Positions 39,120 to 53,962 of a stretch of DNA of 63,040 nt are shown here, piece after piece. The position numbers were made by a program, and so were the translations under genes. The stretch is taken from positions 22,143,512-22,206,551 of the forward strand of contig JASCQW010000190.1 in NCBI GenBank assembly GCA_030264375.1. Reading direction: 5' to 3'. The notes below the pieces were generated by a model. It was not told where the DNA came from. It was given only the letters and a program-made list of their open reading frames with translations, and did not search any database. Positions within the stretch are counted from its first letter, which is position 1; every line of letters starts with the position of its first letter. The stretch is from Carcharhinus longimanus. Lineage: Eukaryota.

Positions 39120-42100
39120 AAGAACTTAAATCTGTCTCTGCTGATTCCTTACAGTCAATTACAGGAGACAGCAGCCACATACCCAGAGTCTGCAACACAC
39201 ATCTGCATTGAACAGGCTGTTGACTCTCTGTCTGCCACGGCTGATCAGTACACCACTTTCTCTATTGACCTCAGATTTCCAATTGTGGCTAGTTACCCTC
39301 AATTCCAGGGCACCATTGACAGCACACGTTACAATCAAGACAGCAGAGTTCCAGCCAGTAGTGTTGGTTAATTAAAAAAAATGCTGTATCCAATTAATAA
39401 ACAATCACAGGAACAGTATTATGCAAGTTTATAAAAGTTACGCAGGGATATGACATGATTCATTTATTCTGCGACCTTCAACCACACCCAGTATTCAAAT
39501 CCTTTCAGATCATATCGCACTGACTACTGGGAGATGTGGGATACTCCCTACATCACCCACAACCCAAAAATGTCATAGCAATAGAAATATAACATACAGT
39601 TGAAAGTGTCAGTAGGTTGCTTACAACATACCTCAGATACAGTGCCCTGCTTTGTTACGTTGTGTGGCATAATGCATAATCTCACATTAGAGAGTCGTGC
39701 ATTTGGAAAAGGCAGATCAACAGCAGCAACCCTCACCAGGCAAATAAGCCAAGGGTAAGGGAGGGGGAACACTTCAAACCTTGCAGTAAGAGATCCGAAG
39801 ATTCAATAATTCCAAGGACCTGCTCTATTCCCTGTTTTCTCAAAGCCCCTCTGCATTAACAGTCCCTGTTTCAACCTTTACTAATCCCTTAATTCTGCAA
39901 TAAACACTGCAACCATTCAGCAAGCTTCTGTATCAATGACATATTAACAATGTTGCTACTAAACCACAATGCAGACCAAAGTACAAAATATCACACATGA
40001 TGAATTTACCAGCAAAAATCTCAAATCTTCCATTCATTTCTCACCCAAGTGATCAACTCAATGTTTTTTTTCCCCCTTGGTAGCCTCAGCGAGCTGGTAG
40101 AAGGCTGCTGTTCATTATACTTGGACCCTTGAAAAGCGCCTAACTTACAAGTGCTTGTGACTGTGGGGTACAGGTTACAGGCTATGAGACCTCGGCTGCT
40201 ATCATGCAATTTAGCACAGTTTATTTAATGGGACTACGGTAGATATTAGTTCAGGGGTGGCAAAGCATTAGCTTGCATCCTGATAGAGACCAATACATTC
40301 AACTCTTGTCACACCACTGTCACTCCAGTGCAGCGAAGCCTTGTCACTTCCATTAATTTGTAAAAAAAAGTTGATTGCAGAAGATAAATGACTTCTTCAA
40401 ATCTCTTTGGTCCACTAATCTAAGATGAACACATCTGTCTCTCTAATGTGGAGCAGATAGCCTGCAGGAACTTTCACTAAAGCTGCAAAGGCCTGTGACT
40501 CCTACTGACTGTGAGCATTTACGGAGGTGACCACTTTCCAGGCTACAACGTAACGTGTTGATCTCATACAAGGTCACACAACACAGGATGGAAACAGGCA
40601 GCTCAACATTTTTCGCTGTGGAGCTGAAACTCTTCCAATACCACAAAAAGCTGTTTATATCATGTCTGAACCATTTTTCATTCCAAGACTGGGCTCCTTA
40701 ACCTCTCATCTATGTTCTTTTCCGCAGAGCTGGTACAAGACCTCACCCATTGGCAAGTAGTCTCTTCTGCTGGCCTTGTCATCAGTACCTGGTGTTGCTC
40801 ATACATGCTGCGTGTTTTGTCAAATACAGATCAAATGACAATGATTGAGTTTGTGCCTGAAGGCAATGGTGACTGTAACAACCCATGTCCTCCCCCTGAG
40901 GTGTTTGGCTCTGCAGGAGTCTCCTGATACCAAGCAGAATATAGAATAGAAAGAGGAACAGAACAAGAGTTGGAATGGTAGACAGACGATTGACATTTGC
41001 AGGCTGCAGTCTTAAAAATACAGTTTGAAGCTGTGAAGTTTTCTGAGGTAAATGAAGGGTTACAAATAACATGCAGACATCCTGCTCAGGTAAGCTGCTA
41101 AGCTGGTCTTCCCCAGTGCTGTATGCTGTTGAGAAATGTGGAGAGATGGAAAGTTCGACCTCCCCACCCACTTGAAGTTATTGAATTTTTTTAGATTGAG
41201 CTGAGGTCCTGGGGGTGGGGGAAAGAGGATGAATTTGATGGCTGTGATGTGTTCAACCATCTCTGTCCTGGCCTGCTTCATCATGGAGATGTGTCTGCTC
41301 TTGCCCTTATTTCCTCTACTAGGAACTTCAGGGAAATATCAGAAAATCAGGGACCAACCATTCTACCTATTGGCATTGTCACAATCTTTACCAGCCTTTT
41401 GCAAGCAAAAATCATAGTGGGGAGTGCAAACTCTTTCAGGAATGCATCCCCAATTTCATGAAGTCTGGGGAATTGTGGCACATATCATGTGGAAGGCAGC
41501 CAGTCAGTCGAATGGAAATGCATTGGTCGAATGTCAAGACTGACATTGGTGTCTGCCATCCATACACACCCTACCTCAATTCACATCTCAGTTAAAAATG
41601 GAGCTAAAATCTATAAGCAGTAAAATACACAAAGCTTACACAAACTGGGGTCGGGATTTTGCCCCCTAAATGTTGCTGCTTTTAATAAGTTATCACATTT
41701 ATAGCATTGTAGGCTTTTCAAAATATTTACTTACATGGAAAAGCCACCAAAGAACATTTGCAGTGAGCTTTGGATATTTAGTTCCAAAACTGTTGGCTAA
41801 TGGGGCTAACCCATTTATGGCTACATAAAGAAATTCCAACAAGGTTTCAATGAAGATATTTTCTAATAGCCCAGCCTCTGTCAATTGAAGAAATTAAGGC
41901 AGCAAATAATGAGGAAACCAAGAGTTAAAAAAGTTTTATTTGCATTTTCAGACATTTGTTAGATTTTGATTCTCAATTTCTGTCAAGGGCAATTTCACAA
42001 GCTAATGGACAGAAAAGGTCGGAATAGATTTCAGCTTAAAATTTCTGAACATTTCACCACCACTTTTTTTCCCATTCTCCAAACTGTCTGAACAGAGAAA

Positions 42101-42739
42101 GGAGAGTTAAAAATTTAAATACAAAATTGATATAATTTTCCTCAGGGAACAAATCCTAAACTTTTTATCCTCAATCTTTAACAAGATTTATGATTAATGG
42201 GGTAGCATTTGAACTCTGGAAGCAAAAGTACCATGATAAGAATTTTCCATTTCCCTTTGCTTGTATCATAAATAGAAATATATCCCCAGAGACCTGTAAT
42301 TACCTGTGTTTACTAATAATTAGCATTAATTTTCTGCAAAATACCATTTTGGGGAAGTAAAAGGGGTTATAAAGGAAATTAGTTACTTAGAAATCATCTA
42401 CTCATTTCTCAAAGAACCATTTCCAAACTGATTACAATATATTAGCTCTTAAAACTACCTCTAAACACTAATTTTAGCAACCGTAATCCAATTCTGAGCT
42501 ACTTCCATGTTTAATTTTTAAAAAATTTTCATCATGGGCTTCACTCCCTCTAGATCCAAATAACATTGTTGCTGAAATGATTTTTTGTTCACAAAATCAC
42601 CACAGATATATGATTTGGAAATGGGTGCTTGGAAGCCAGAGCAATAAAGCTAAACTGTGTTATGTTAGCAGCAACGACCACTTAGGAGCATGAGTAGTTT
42701 GCCAATTTCAATATTGCTTCTTTGAGGAGATCTGTACTT

Positions 42740-43630
42740 TTAAATTGGGTTTGTGGGTTTTTGGGGCATGGGGCAAGGGCTGAGGACTACAATTCCCAGC
42801 ATTCCCAGGGCTCTGGCACAAGCATACAGTATGGCAGAAGGGCAGGCTGCACGTGCACAAAGATGGTTTGAAAACATGATTGCTTGACCCGCTGTGAGGT
42901 GCGAAAACTCGACCAGGGAATTGTGTGTGCAATGTGAAGAGAAAGTCCATGTGACAGTTAGTTGGGAGCGGAAGAAGCATGTTAGCTGTGGGCCACTGAA
43001 GTGCTGTCATTAGCTGTGCAACTGGGACACTAGAAAAGTCCACAAGCAATTTATAGCTACTACTGCTGAGGCTGGGGCTCAGAGAAGAGGGTTGGCAGCA
43101 CTGCAGATGGGGAGCTAGAAACTGTGTCCGAGTATAGACTTTATCGTGCAACCTGGCAAATACTGTGGAACGCGATTGAGTAGCTGGGAGATGGGGCAGT
43201 TTGAGCTGGAGTCCGGTTGCCCAACAACTCATTGGAGGCAGAAGAGGAAAGAAGGCTTCCAAGCCGAGTTGGAGCTACTATTGAGGCAAATAAGAGGCTA
43301 CATGTTGAAAGAGAGGAACTGAAATTCACCATAAGGAAGATAAGAATTGGAAGAACTTTGTAATCACAATGATAACTGTCATCTGGGTAGATTGCTGAGA
43401 AACATGTGGGATCTGTCTCAGTTATGCCTATGATTTTTGGCATACCGTTTGTGTTCAACCACAGATTGCTTGTTTGTTCATGTTTACATCATGCTAATTC
43501 TGGATGTTAGCGTGCAAGATAGGTACTATTGACTTTTAATTCTACAGTAAAATTACTTCCATTTGTTTGAAACTGAGGAATCTTGCAGTTTTATTCTCTT
43601 AGTAAACAGCTGGAATTTCAAATTTTGTCC
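42740..43630 (+). mobile_element. Probable solo LTR remnant carrying a ZNF143/THAP11-type motif
   Basis: ACTACAATTCCCAGCATTCC at 42786-42805, GA-rich middle, T-rich 3' part with AGTAAA. Confidence 0.4.
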
Positions 43631-43895
43631 AGGTCATAGTATCATGCTCTATAAGTGCCATGTTAAAAGCAATGAAGGGACCTCACGAGATTCAAGTACA
43701 AAAACAGCATCAGCAAAATGCCAAAATAATAGTTAGCATAAGGAATATATCTTGTAATAACTAATCTTGATCTCAACTAGACGTAGTCAGAATCAACTGA
43801 AAAATATAAATTTCTTCTCAAACCCAAGGTGCTACTGTTATAAAAAAGAAAATGCTGGAGATCCCCAACAAATGAGGCAACATCATAATACAAAG

Positions 43896-44101
43896 ACAAA
43901 ATACTGCAGATGCTGGAATCTGAATAAAAATAGAAAATGCTGAAAAACAGCATCTTTGGAGATCGAATAGAACCAAAGTTTCGAGTCAGGGTAAGCCTTC
44001 ATCAGAACTCATCAAAGGGTCATCCTGACTCAAAATGTTGACTCTTTTCTCTCTCCACAGATGCTGTCGGACCTGTTGAGTTTTTCCAGCATTTTCTGTT
44101 T
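43896..44101. mobile_element. Palindromic Penelope-derived element (same family as 15940-16160)
   Basis: AGAAAATGCTG / CAGCATTTTCTG arms; minus-strand CTGATGA..GACTCGAAAC core at 43978-44005. Confidence 0.7.
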
Positions 44102-44989
44102 GTGTTAAATAAGGCAATATCTGTGGAGAGGGAAACAGAATTAACATGCATTAGTTATATTACTTTGCAGCTATTCTTAAATTTCAAGTCTATGTTTTCT
44201 TTCCATTTGATCATGAACAATCATAAGCCATGGATAAATAACTGTCATTTTAATCCCCTTTTGAAGCAATATCTTTCTATAAAATGAGGACCCAAGGTCA
44301 CCTCATGTTGCTGCATTAATATGCTGTGTCACAAATTAATAAGATAAATAATTTATTCCAAGAGATTTCCATACACAATCTTGCGGCACATACAGTACCA
44401 TGAAAGGTAGTTGCCAACCTTTCTCTGAGTTCGTGACTGAGTTCAGAGGAGTACAACAGCAAAAAAACAGTTCAGATCAATATTGTTATTTCCATTTTTA
44501 CTGGTGCTCCATTTTGAAGTAAAGATCAGTTTGGACCAGTCATCTTAAGTCCCCATTTTTTTTCCTTGTGGGAAAGAATGGAATGGTTCACTTTTCAGCC
44601 TTAAAATGGGACAAATGATATTAGATTTCATAGAATCAAAGATACTAAGTAGAATAGAAAAGGTTAACTCAGAACCCTATTCCAAATTAAACTAGGCCTG
44701 ATGAGTAACAAAAAATAGCAATAATAAAAATAAGCTGGTTGAGATAAAAACAACACATTTCAGGACTGAAGATCATAAAAGATAATACAAAAATATTTCA
44801 TATCTGGAATGATCTTCGAGATAAGGTAATGGAGGCAAAAATCTGCAATTATTCAAGGGGCTGTTAGATAAGTGAAATAGCAAAAATGCAAATGTAAAAG
44901 CCTACACATGGAAATGTTGCCTTGCTCTTTTCCACTACAGATGCCAAGTTGCAATGGCAACATAGGGTTTTAATGGAAGGGTCAACAAG

Positions 44990-45900
44990 CTGGAACATAC
45001 AGTAATGAACTTATCTGGAGTGCGTGCGGTATAAATTTAAAGTTGGCAGATGACACAAAACATGAAATGCAGTCAACAATGAGGAGAATACTAATAGACT
45101 TCAGGAGATCATCATCACACTAGCTAAGTGAGCAGTCACTGGACAGATTACATTTAGCCAAAATGTGAAGTGCTGTATTTTGGTAGATAGAGAGACAATA
45201 CAACCTAAATAATACAATGTTCATGTGTGTGCAGGAAAAGACCTAGGGAGATGTTTGTATATGAAGCTTTGAGGTTGGCAGGAAAAGATGAGAAGGCTGT
45301 TTAAAATAAAATCATATTGGACCCTGGGTATTATTTACAAAGGATCAGAATACAAAACCAAGGGATTTTTGCTAAACTTTTGTGAAACAGTGGTTAGGTC
45401 TCAGCTGGAGAAATCTGTGCAAATTTGATCACCACATTTGAGGAAGAACATCAGTCCTTTGAGAGGGTGCAAAAGAGATTTACTTGAACATCACCATGAG
45501 GAACTTCAGTTACATGGAGAGACTGGGAAAGTATGGCTGTTCTCTTTCGAGCATAAAAAGTTAAGAGGATGGGACAACTCAAAATCATGAAAGTTCTGAT
45601 GCAGCAGAACCTCTTTCCAGTGACAGTATGTCAGCACTCAGAGGGTACAGGTTTAAAATGATCAAAAAAATCAGAAGCAATATGGGGAATTCTTTTTGCA
45701 TTGTTGTGACCTGTGGTGCATTCCCTGAAACAGCAGTGTGAGCAGGTTCTCTTCTGAATGCTCCCATAGGGAGCATTCAAAAGAGAACAGAATAAATAGC
45801 TGAACGGAAAGTAATTACAGAGCAATGGGGAAAGGGCAGGGGAGTGGACTAGCAAACACCCATCCCAGGCATGGTGGGTCTAATGGCCTCCAGTACTGTA
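44990..45900 (+). mobile_element. Highly decayed CR1 LINE 3' half
   Basis: KLADDTK, VRSQLE, LERVQKRFT remnants and CR1-type tail. Confidence 0.75.
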
Positions 45901-46409
45901 GCCTTCTGAATATAGCCTTCATCTGTACACATCTTGAAGGAATAAGATATAAGAATATAAAACCATAAGACAAGTCAATCTGAAGAGACACTCACTGTGA
46001 CCACAAAGAATCAGTAAAAGCAAGTACTCTTAAAAGTGCTGAAAGTAACAAGTAAATTACTGGCAAAAGGGGTGAAGGGGTCACCAAGAGTGGTGACTCA
46101 ATGCCCTCCTTATGTAAACATCAATGATTTTTTTAAAAAAATGAATAAATAGTAAAATATGGTGTATGAGTTACAACAGAAATCTTTCTTTCAACACTTC
46201 CGAACTTCTGTTTGATTTTTTAACTGATGGCTCAAAGAAAGAGATTTTAAAGAGAATCAGAATAAGATTACATCTCAAGTCATTTGTACCAAAGAAAAAT
46301 GTGCATATAATTCAGCACCATTTAACACAATATAACTAGGCAGAATTAAATAATTTGAGTAAAATATGTGCAGGAGTCCAGCCTGTTAATGCATTAATTC
46401 ATAACACCA

Positions 46410-47130
46410 GCACATAAGAAATAAGAACAGGTGTCAGCGATGTGACCCTTTAATATGATCTTCCCACACTATCCCTATATCCTTGAGCACCTAAAATTCT
46501 ATTGACATCTGTCTTGAACATACTCAACAATACAGAATCCACAGCTCCGTATGATGGAGAATTCCAAAGGGCCATAACCCACGGAGTGAGGAAATCTCTG
46601 CTTATCATAGTCCAAACTGACCAATGCGAATTGGGAAGTCCCAGATTCTCTAGCCAGGGAGAACATAGAACATAGAACATAGAACATACAGCGCGGAACA
46701 GGCCCTTCGGCCCACAATGTTGCGCCGACCAGTCTTNNNNNNNNNNNNNNNNNNNNNNNNNNNNNNNNNNNNNNNNNNNNNNNNNNNNNNNNNNNNNNNN
46801 NNNNNNNNNNNNNNNNNNNNNNNNNNNNNNNNNNNNGAATAATTACCATCAACCACCACCCTCTGTCTCCTATCTGCTAACCAATTCCTGATCCAAGTAC
46901 CTAAATTACCACCTGCCATACACCTGCCATTCTTCTAAATTCAGAGACATATGGCAAAATGTACTCAATCTCTCCTCGTAAAACAATCCTCACTTCCTCG
47001 GAATCAGTCTAGGGAACATTCCCTCCGAGGCAAATATATCCTTGCTTTGGTAAGGAGATCAGAATTGCACACTAGCCAGCTACAGTTTCATCGAAGCCCT
47101 ATAAAACTGCATGAGGTCTCTTCACTCTCA
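46410..47130 (-). mobile_element. Old CR1 3' fragment with young CR1 nested at about 46661-46905 (gap inside)
   Basis: (GAACATA)n tail; WIRNWLADRRQRVVVDG RT motif (ORF 46650..46919). Confidence 0.8.
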
Positions 47131-47552
47131 TAACTGAAAATCTTTTATTATAATTTCAATATCACACCTTTACATCATCAGGTCTTTCTGTGTCTAGACT
47201 AAGCAGACTGTGATTTTTTTTCTCATCCATTAAAATGAATGGTTAGAAATTAATCTGGTAAGCCAATACATTGTGTTTTTTTATTTTATTTTCTTATGCT
47301 ATCTTATAAGCAAATCAGAACATGGTCCAGCAAAATCAAGCATATAATGGCAATACCCATTACACCAGTCACCTTTACTCAACAGACTATACCTTTTAGT
47401 AGGTCTCAATGTCTCTTCTGTTTACTAATGCAAACTGGACAACCAATACGTTCCATAGTCTACTATATCACTACAAAGATATATTTTATAAAAACTTTGT
47501 AGCAACCAAAAAACTAAATGGAAACCTGAATATTGTTTTCTTTCTCAAATTG

Positions 47553-47820
47553 GGCAAGGTTTAAAGGAAATGTACAAGGCAAGTTTTTTGCACAGAAGAT
47601 GGCAGGTGCCTGGAACTCACTGCCGGAGGAGATCACGGAAGCAGATACGATGGGTGACTTTTAAGGGACATCTTGACAAATACATGAGTAGAATGTGAAT
47701 AGAGGGATATGGTCCCCACAAGGATAGTGGACTTTAGTTCAGTCGGGCAGCATGGTCAGTGCAGGCTTGGAGGGTCGAAGGGCCTGTTCACGTGCTGTAA
47801 TTTTCTTTGTTCTTTGTTTT
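47553..47820 (+). mobile_element. CR1 LINE 3' end
   Basis: Closely matches 7613-7875; ends TTTTCTTTGTTCTTTG. Confidence 0.85.
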
Positions 47821-50800
47821 AAACATAGTGGAATCCTATTGCATAACCTAAGTCATGCCAGATAAAAAAAAGCTTTTTGCTAAAAAATTATATCACGGCA
47901 AATTGAACAGATACTTTCAAAATGTGAGTCCACTGTTGTAGTGCATATTCCAAACAACCCATTTTGGATTATCAAATAAAATCTGCCAATTTTAAATGAT
48001 GAAATACAGAATAAAAAAACAACAGATCAAAGCATTCTTTGGAGCAGGTGGGTGAGAGATGAAAACAGTCATTTTGTGGAAAGCATCGCAATTAATTTTT
48101 TTCTGACATTCCAAGAGGAATGCTATACCAGGCCATATAAGAAAAATCAATGCCAAAGCTATACAAAAAGTACTGATGGCACATACTGCTCGAGTACAGT
48201 TCGCATCGAGTGCAAGTCTATTATATTCTTCCTCTTCTCTTCTTAGCCACTTCCGAGAGATTGAAATTACTTTCTTCCACACCAGGGTTGTGGTTCTTGA
48301 GGTGACTAAAAGTCCAATGCTGGATCCTCACACTCTGCCACAGGTGGGGATGGAATGTTTGAGTTTGATATGCTCCTTCTGCTCTTTGTACTTGGCAGAA
48401 AAATCGATTACAGAATTAAATGGAATTTTTCCAAAAAGATGGAAGCATTTGATGTGAACAAAGTTTGACAGTGTCAGTGATATATTTAAATAAGGTCTAT
48501 AATAAACTAAGTAAAAATTAAGTTTTAGCAAGCTATCTAATAGAAGCCTTTCAGCTAACTATCAGCAATCTGATTATCTTTACATTTGCCCCATCATATT
48601 ATATGCTGTCTCTCTGAAGAAGTTCCTCACCAAATCTTACTTCAATATAATTATCAGCCATTTCTTGCACTGATCTAAAGCACCATTTCCTAACTCCTCA
48701 TATCAGAAATATTTACTGGCCATTATAATTTAGTCTCAACTCTTAGAGAATATTGTAGCCATCTCAGCAAACAGAGAACAGCGAAGCCAATGTGAACAAA
48801 CTGAACAAATTGCACATACTGGCGGCCCCATTTGTTGGCAAACAGCAAGTAGCAGTTGCACTTAAAATAATTAATTGGCTCTGAGATGCTTTTGGACATC
48901 CTAAAAGAATGAAAGCTGTTATAAAAACTGAAAATCTGTTGACCATGTGTCTTGAATATCAGAATAAGTCTGAAGAAGGATTAATGAAAAAGTAGAGAAT
49001 TTATAAATGTGTTCATTAAACTAATAAATTGATACATTTAAAATTGCATCAGTAAAGATAATGTGATGGGTCAAATAAATATTAAAAGAAATAAATTATT
49101 AGAAAACCAAAAATAGAATAAAAACATTTCTTCATCTAGTGATATAGACAAAAAGCAAGATGTCAATAAAGAGAAAAACATTCAGAAAAACATATACATG
49201 ACGGCTACCAAAGACTTTGTATCTAAATGGACCAAATCTATCCTTTCAAGTTAAAAACAAGGAAAGACATCATTTTATTTCTAGAGGAGCACAGCAATCT
49301 TAATTCCCTTCACTTGCCTTACTGAGAATTGGCAGAATAAAGACATTATGGACTTTGGAAGTTTTTATTTGTGTACGAATGCTTATGTTGGCTGACTATT
49401 CTTGTGTGAAATGTATTACTATATAGATGGCTTAATTCTCTCCCTTCTCAATATCGACAGCAAACAGAGAAAACCACTCAGTCTAGACTGGGTTTGGACC
49501 CTGAGGTAGACATCCAGTCAACCAGCCCTCAATATCCTCATTTGACCGGCTGTGGCTACCTTCCAGTATGATGCCAACAAACATTGACAATAATAAAAAT
49601 CCCAGAAGACAAATGCAGATGGTGAGTCAATAGCATCATATTAAGACAGTGTGTATAATCGACTCTATCCAGAGTTATCTGAATCTGTCACAAAGTTAGA
49701 TTGTAAACTGAGCAGTACTCTGTAACTGAGAATTTGATTTCCCAAGACCTTCTGAACAGTTTCGTAATTAGGTAAAACATCAGGGAAGCGGTTAAAAAAA
49801 TTAGATTGATAGCTCTCGGCATTTTCCTAAAGAACAGGACAGGCAAAAAACAGATTTAAATTGAGGTAGTGAAAAGTATATGTACTATAGTTTACTTTCT
49901 AAAGCTAAGGTACTTGATAAGACATTTTTGCAGTTCCTCATACAACTTGCAAAGGTAGCAGTAATGAAAAATTAAGGTGAAAGAAAATAGCTATGAGTTA
50001 GTAAGCAAAGAGAAGAAAAAGATAAAGAATACTCAGGCAAATTTGGAAGCCTGATGCAAAAGAATGTGAAGGGTTGTTAAGGTGGTTTACTGATCAGAAA
50101 ACTTAAGGAATAGGTGATGGCCTGTGGCAGCAAGGTACAGGAACTTATAAGAGGACAAAGAGGGAGGCAACGTTTGAGGAGGAGTAGCTTCAATCTGTGA
50201 ACCATCTTTCATACATGTGATATCATCAGGCCAGTGTAAATCTTGGGAATTAGAGCTGAGATCAGTCCAGTTAAGGACGCCACTGTCATGACAGAGGAAT
50301 GAATGCTGAAAGCAGCAAAGTAGGGATACTGGATTGATAAAAGCAAGAAGAAAGGTAGGAAAAGCTTAGACAGTATCTGCTTGCTAATAGTTTGAGTTAT
50401 CAAGACAAGGACATGATATGGACAATACACCATTTTATTAAAAATAACCTTAAGATTTATCCATCAAAAATACCTGGGCATGTAACAAATCATGTAAAAA
50501 TACCAAATTAGAACACAGCATAGTGTAAAGCTTTTGTCATTTGTTTTATCAGTTTGATCCACAACTCTACAGTGCTCCTCTGGCTGATAGCAGCGTGCAG
50601 GGAATAAAGGTAAGGCTTTCTTCCAAGGAAGACATTGAATGATCAATGTCTCAGGCTGTTCTCAATCAACATGCTATGTAGAACAGATTTCAAAGGTTTA
50701 GGAATAGGTAACATACCTAACTTCCCAGCTCCTGAATGTATGTGCTGCAAAGACTCGACGAGTTAAACACGTTATACCAATATCTTTACATAGTTGTGTT

Positions 50801-51070
50801 GAGGCCTATAGCAGTGGCATTTGGTTAAAAGAAAGTCCAACATTTTGAATGAATATATGTTGCTCAGAGATGGACAATGGAAAAATGTTCCAATAGTTCT
50901 GTACACCCTTTTCATTCAATTTTAATGTTAGAAAGAGCAATGCTCATGAATACTGTAAATGTTTTCCAAATTACGGACAAGGTAATGCAATATGCTTAAG
51001 AGCTAAAAGCAAAAGGTAGTATGAAAAAGAGTATTAGAATAACCAATTGTTTAAATTAAGTACAAGCTCA

Positions 51071-51253
<183 letters not shown>

Positions 51254-52689
51254 TTAAAAATAACATGTTCAAGAATTAGAGTGAGTTTGCAGGTCTAAGT
51301 TTTGACTTTTAATACAGAATTGAACTACATTAAAGTACAAACTGCAGCAGGAATTTTGACACCTTTCTGAACATAAAATTAAATGTATCAAATATGTTTT
51401 AAATTAAGAAGCCAGAGTAAAATGGCAAAACATAACTTCACAAAAAAACACAAATCAGATATTAATGCTTTGAAACTTTGCTTTTAGAAATCCGACGATG
51501 GTAACAGGAAGAAATGACTGGAAGAGATAAAGAACATTGTTATGAGGATTGGGGAAGTTAAATTGCAATAATCATCGAAGAATAAATGAGAAAATGGTTA
51601 AGATTGCAATGGGGATTGGTTGGAGCTGTGTTGAAAAAGACTGCAGTTTATAATTTCTTGATTCCTATTCAAGGAGGGTACAAGAGGTGCAAGAAAGGCC
51701 TCAATATGACAGCGGAACTGACATCTTAAGTTGGATTTGAAAGAAGAGTCAAAAGGAAAGTAAACCTTTGGTATGGGGGGAGGGGAGAACATCATAATCT
51801 TGGAGGCAGCTTTAGCAATTGATACATGCTAGTTTCATTTAATATAAAAAAAAGCACATCAACAGACTTAAAAAGGGGAGCATCAAAGGTGTTAAGACTT
51901 TTCAGGTGACATGAATCGCATATCAATCCCATACGTTTCATGACTTACAACAATTTAAATCTTAAAGAGTGGAACAGTTAAGATTTCTCTTTGTGCTGCA
52001 GTCTCATCAGAACAGTAAAATCTGTTGATACCAATAGCTTGAGAAATCAAGGAAATTATTTAATGTCAAAAAGACATTAGTATGAAGGAATACTTTGCAA
52101 ATTAATTTTAAAACAAATTACATATGTATATCTCAATTCTTCATTTTACCCAAAACTTGAATTTATTTTAAACCCATTGCAATGCACTATAAATAGTGAT
52201 TACTTCTTGCTGCATTCTTTTTTATGAATAGCCTAGTCTTAGAAAACGAAAACATACATTGAAAACTCAAGTAGCACACTCCCATTATTCACATTCTTAA
52301 TAAACTCCAAGAATCATTGTAGGCAAATGGAACCCGTCTGGAGTTAGGGTCATTCATGTTTCTAGTTTATTCCACTCAGATTGCAAGGTCAGCTAAGACT
52401 GCACAGCTAACATGCCAGTTTATGGCTTCCTCCCACTACCAAGCAATTCTTCTCAAACTTTGACAGCTAGGCCCAGCATGGAATAAAAACATCCAATCGC
52501 AAACACTTATTTTCAGTAAAACTGCTCACCAGGTAATTTAGTAAAGTGCTAAAGGGCAGTACAGAAACGAGCTGACAGTACATGCAGCATATATTTCACA
52601 GCACAACAACATTTCATCAGGAAAACTTTGGAGTTTAAAAGTCAGCAGCTCTTCAGGACTGCTTTGGCAGAGCTCATCACCAGTATCAC

Positions 52690-53070
52690 TGGAAGTAAAC
52701 AAAGCCCAGTCCATCACTCAAACCAGCCTCCCACCCATTGACACTGTTTACACTTCCCGCTGCCTTGGAAAAGCAGTCAGCATAATTGAGGACCCCATAC
52801 TTTCTTCCACCTTTTCCGTTGGGAAAAAGATACAAAAGTCTGAGGACACATACCAACTGACTCAAGAACAGCTTCTTCCCTGCTGCCATCAGACTTTTGA
52901 ATAGACCTACCTCGCATTAAGTTGATCTTTCTCTATGCCCTCGCAATGACTGTACCACTACATTCTGCACCCTCTCCTTTCCTTCTCTATGTACTTTGTC
53001 AATATAGCGCGCAAGAAACAATACTTTTCACTGTATACCAATACATGTAACAATAATAAATCAAATCAAA
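52690..53070 (+). mobile_element. Rex-Babar-type LINE 3' end
   Basis: Encodes ..LKNSFFPAAIRLLN C-terminus; tail AATAATAAATCAAATCAAA. Confidence 0.75.
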
Positions 53071-53385
53071 AAGATGAGCATAGGTTGACTTTACTATTCA
53101 CAAGTGTGGATGGGTCCTCCACACCTGTTAGGGTGGGTGCACACAAGACAACCACTAGTTCGTGTCTTTGGTAGGTCTGGCAGGTCAAGTAATGCATGCA
53201 GAACATTGAGCCAAATTAACCACTCAGATGCCAGATGATTCTTCCAGGAGGAAGAGTTACCAGAGGAATTTATAGCTGAGAAAGAACTGAGACGGTTTGG
53301 AAGTAAGCAGCACACTTAAATTTCAGAACAGCAACCACTTATGTAGTGAGCAGGGTGAGTCCTCAGGACGGCACAGGAGCCCAGA

Positions 53386-53669
53386 GGGCGGCACGCTGAC
53401 ACAGTGGTTAGCACTGCTGACTCCCAGTGCCAGGACCAGGATTCAATTCCAGCCTTGGGTGAATGTCTATGTGTTCACCCCATGTCTGTGTGGGTTTCCT
53501 CCGGGTATTCTGGTTTCTGGAGTACTCGGAGGAAACCCACACAAACATGTCCAAAGGTGTGCATGGATTGGCCATGGTGGTGGTCCTTGATAGGATGCTC
53601 TTTCAGAGAGTCGGTGCTGAGTCTATGGGCTGAACGGCTTCCTTCTGCACGTAGACATTCTCTAAATTC
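53386..53669 (+). mobile_element. HE1-like SINE (rearranged)
   Basis: tRNA head GGGCGGCACG..GTGGTTAGCACTG; internal small inversion GGAGGAAACCCACACAAACATG. Confidence 0.8.
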
Positions 53670-53851
53670 TCACCATCTTTCAGGACAAATTTGATCCATT
53701 GTGGCTGGCAATCAAGACTCTGCTGTAATTAATTGAGTTGTTTTGATGACATTTTTTCTCTATCAAACTACTTAAGTGCATTCTTGCTTTTTTTAAAAAC
53801 TCAAAATATAATTTTTAAAAATCGTTCTTTTGCTTCATTGATCTATGCTTA

Positions 53852-53962
<111 letters not shown>

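Noticed and set aside
42708-43262. 184-aa ORF, the longest in the track, as a nested gene
   Set aside because: Low-complexity L/S/P-rich translation of the antisense strand of an LTR-like repeat; no recognisable domain
47992-48531. Adjacent minus-strand ORFs as an alternative exon or nested gene
   Set aside because: No recognisable motif, interrupted by a stop, no convincing splice sites, and the flanking WWP2 exons already join in phase
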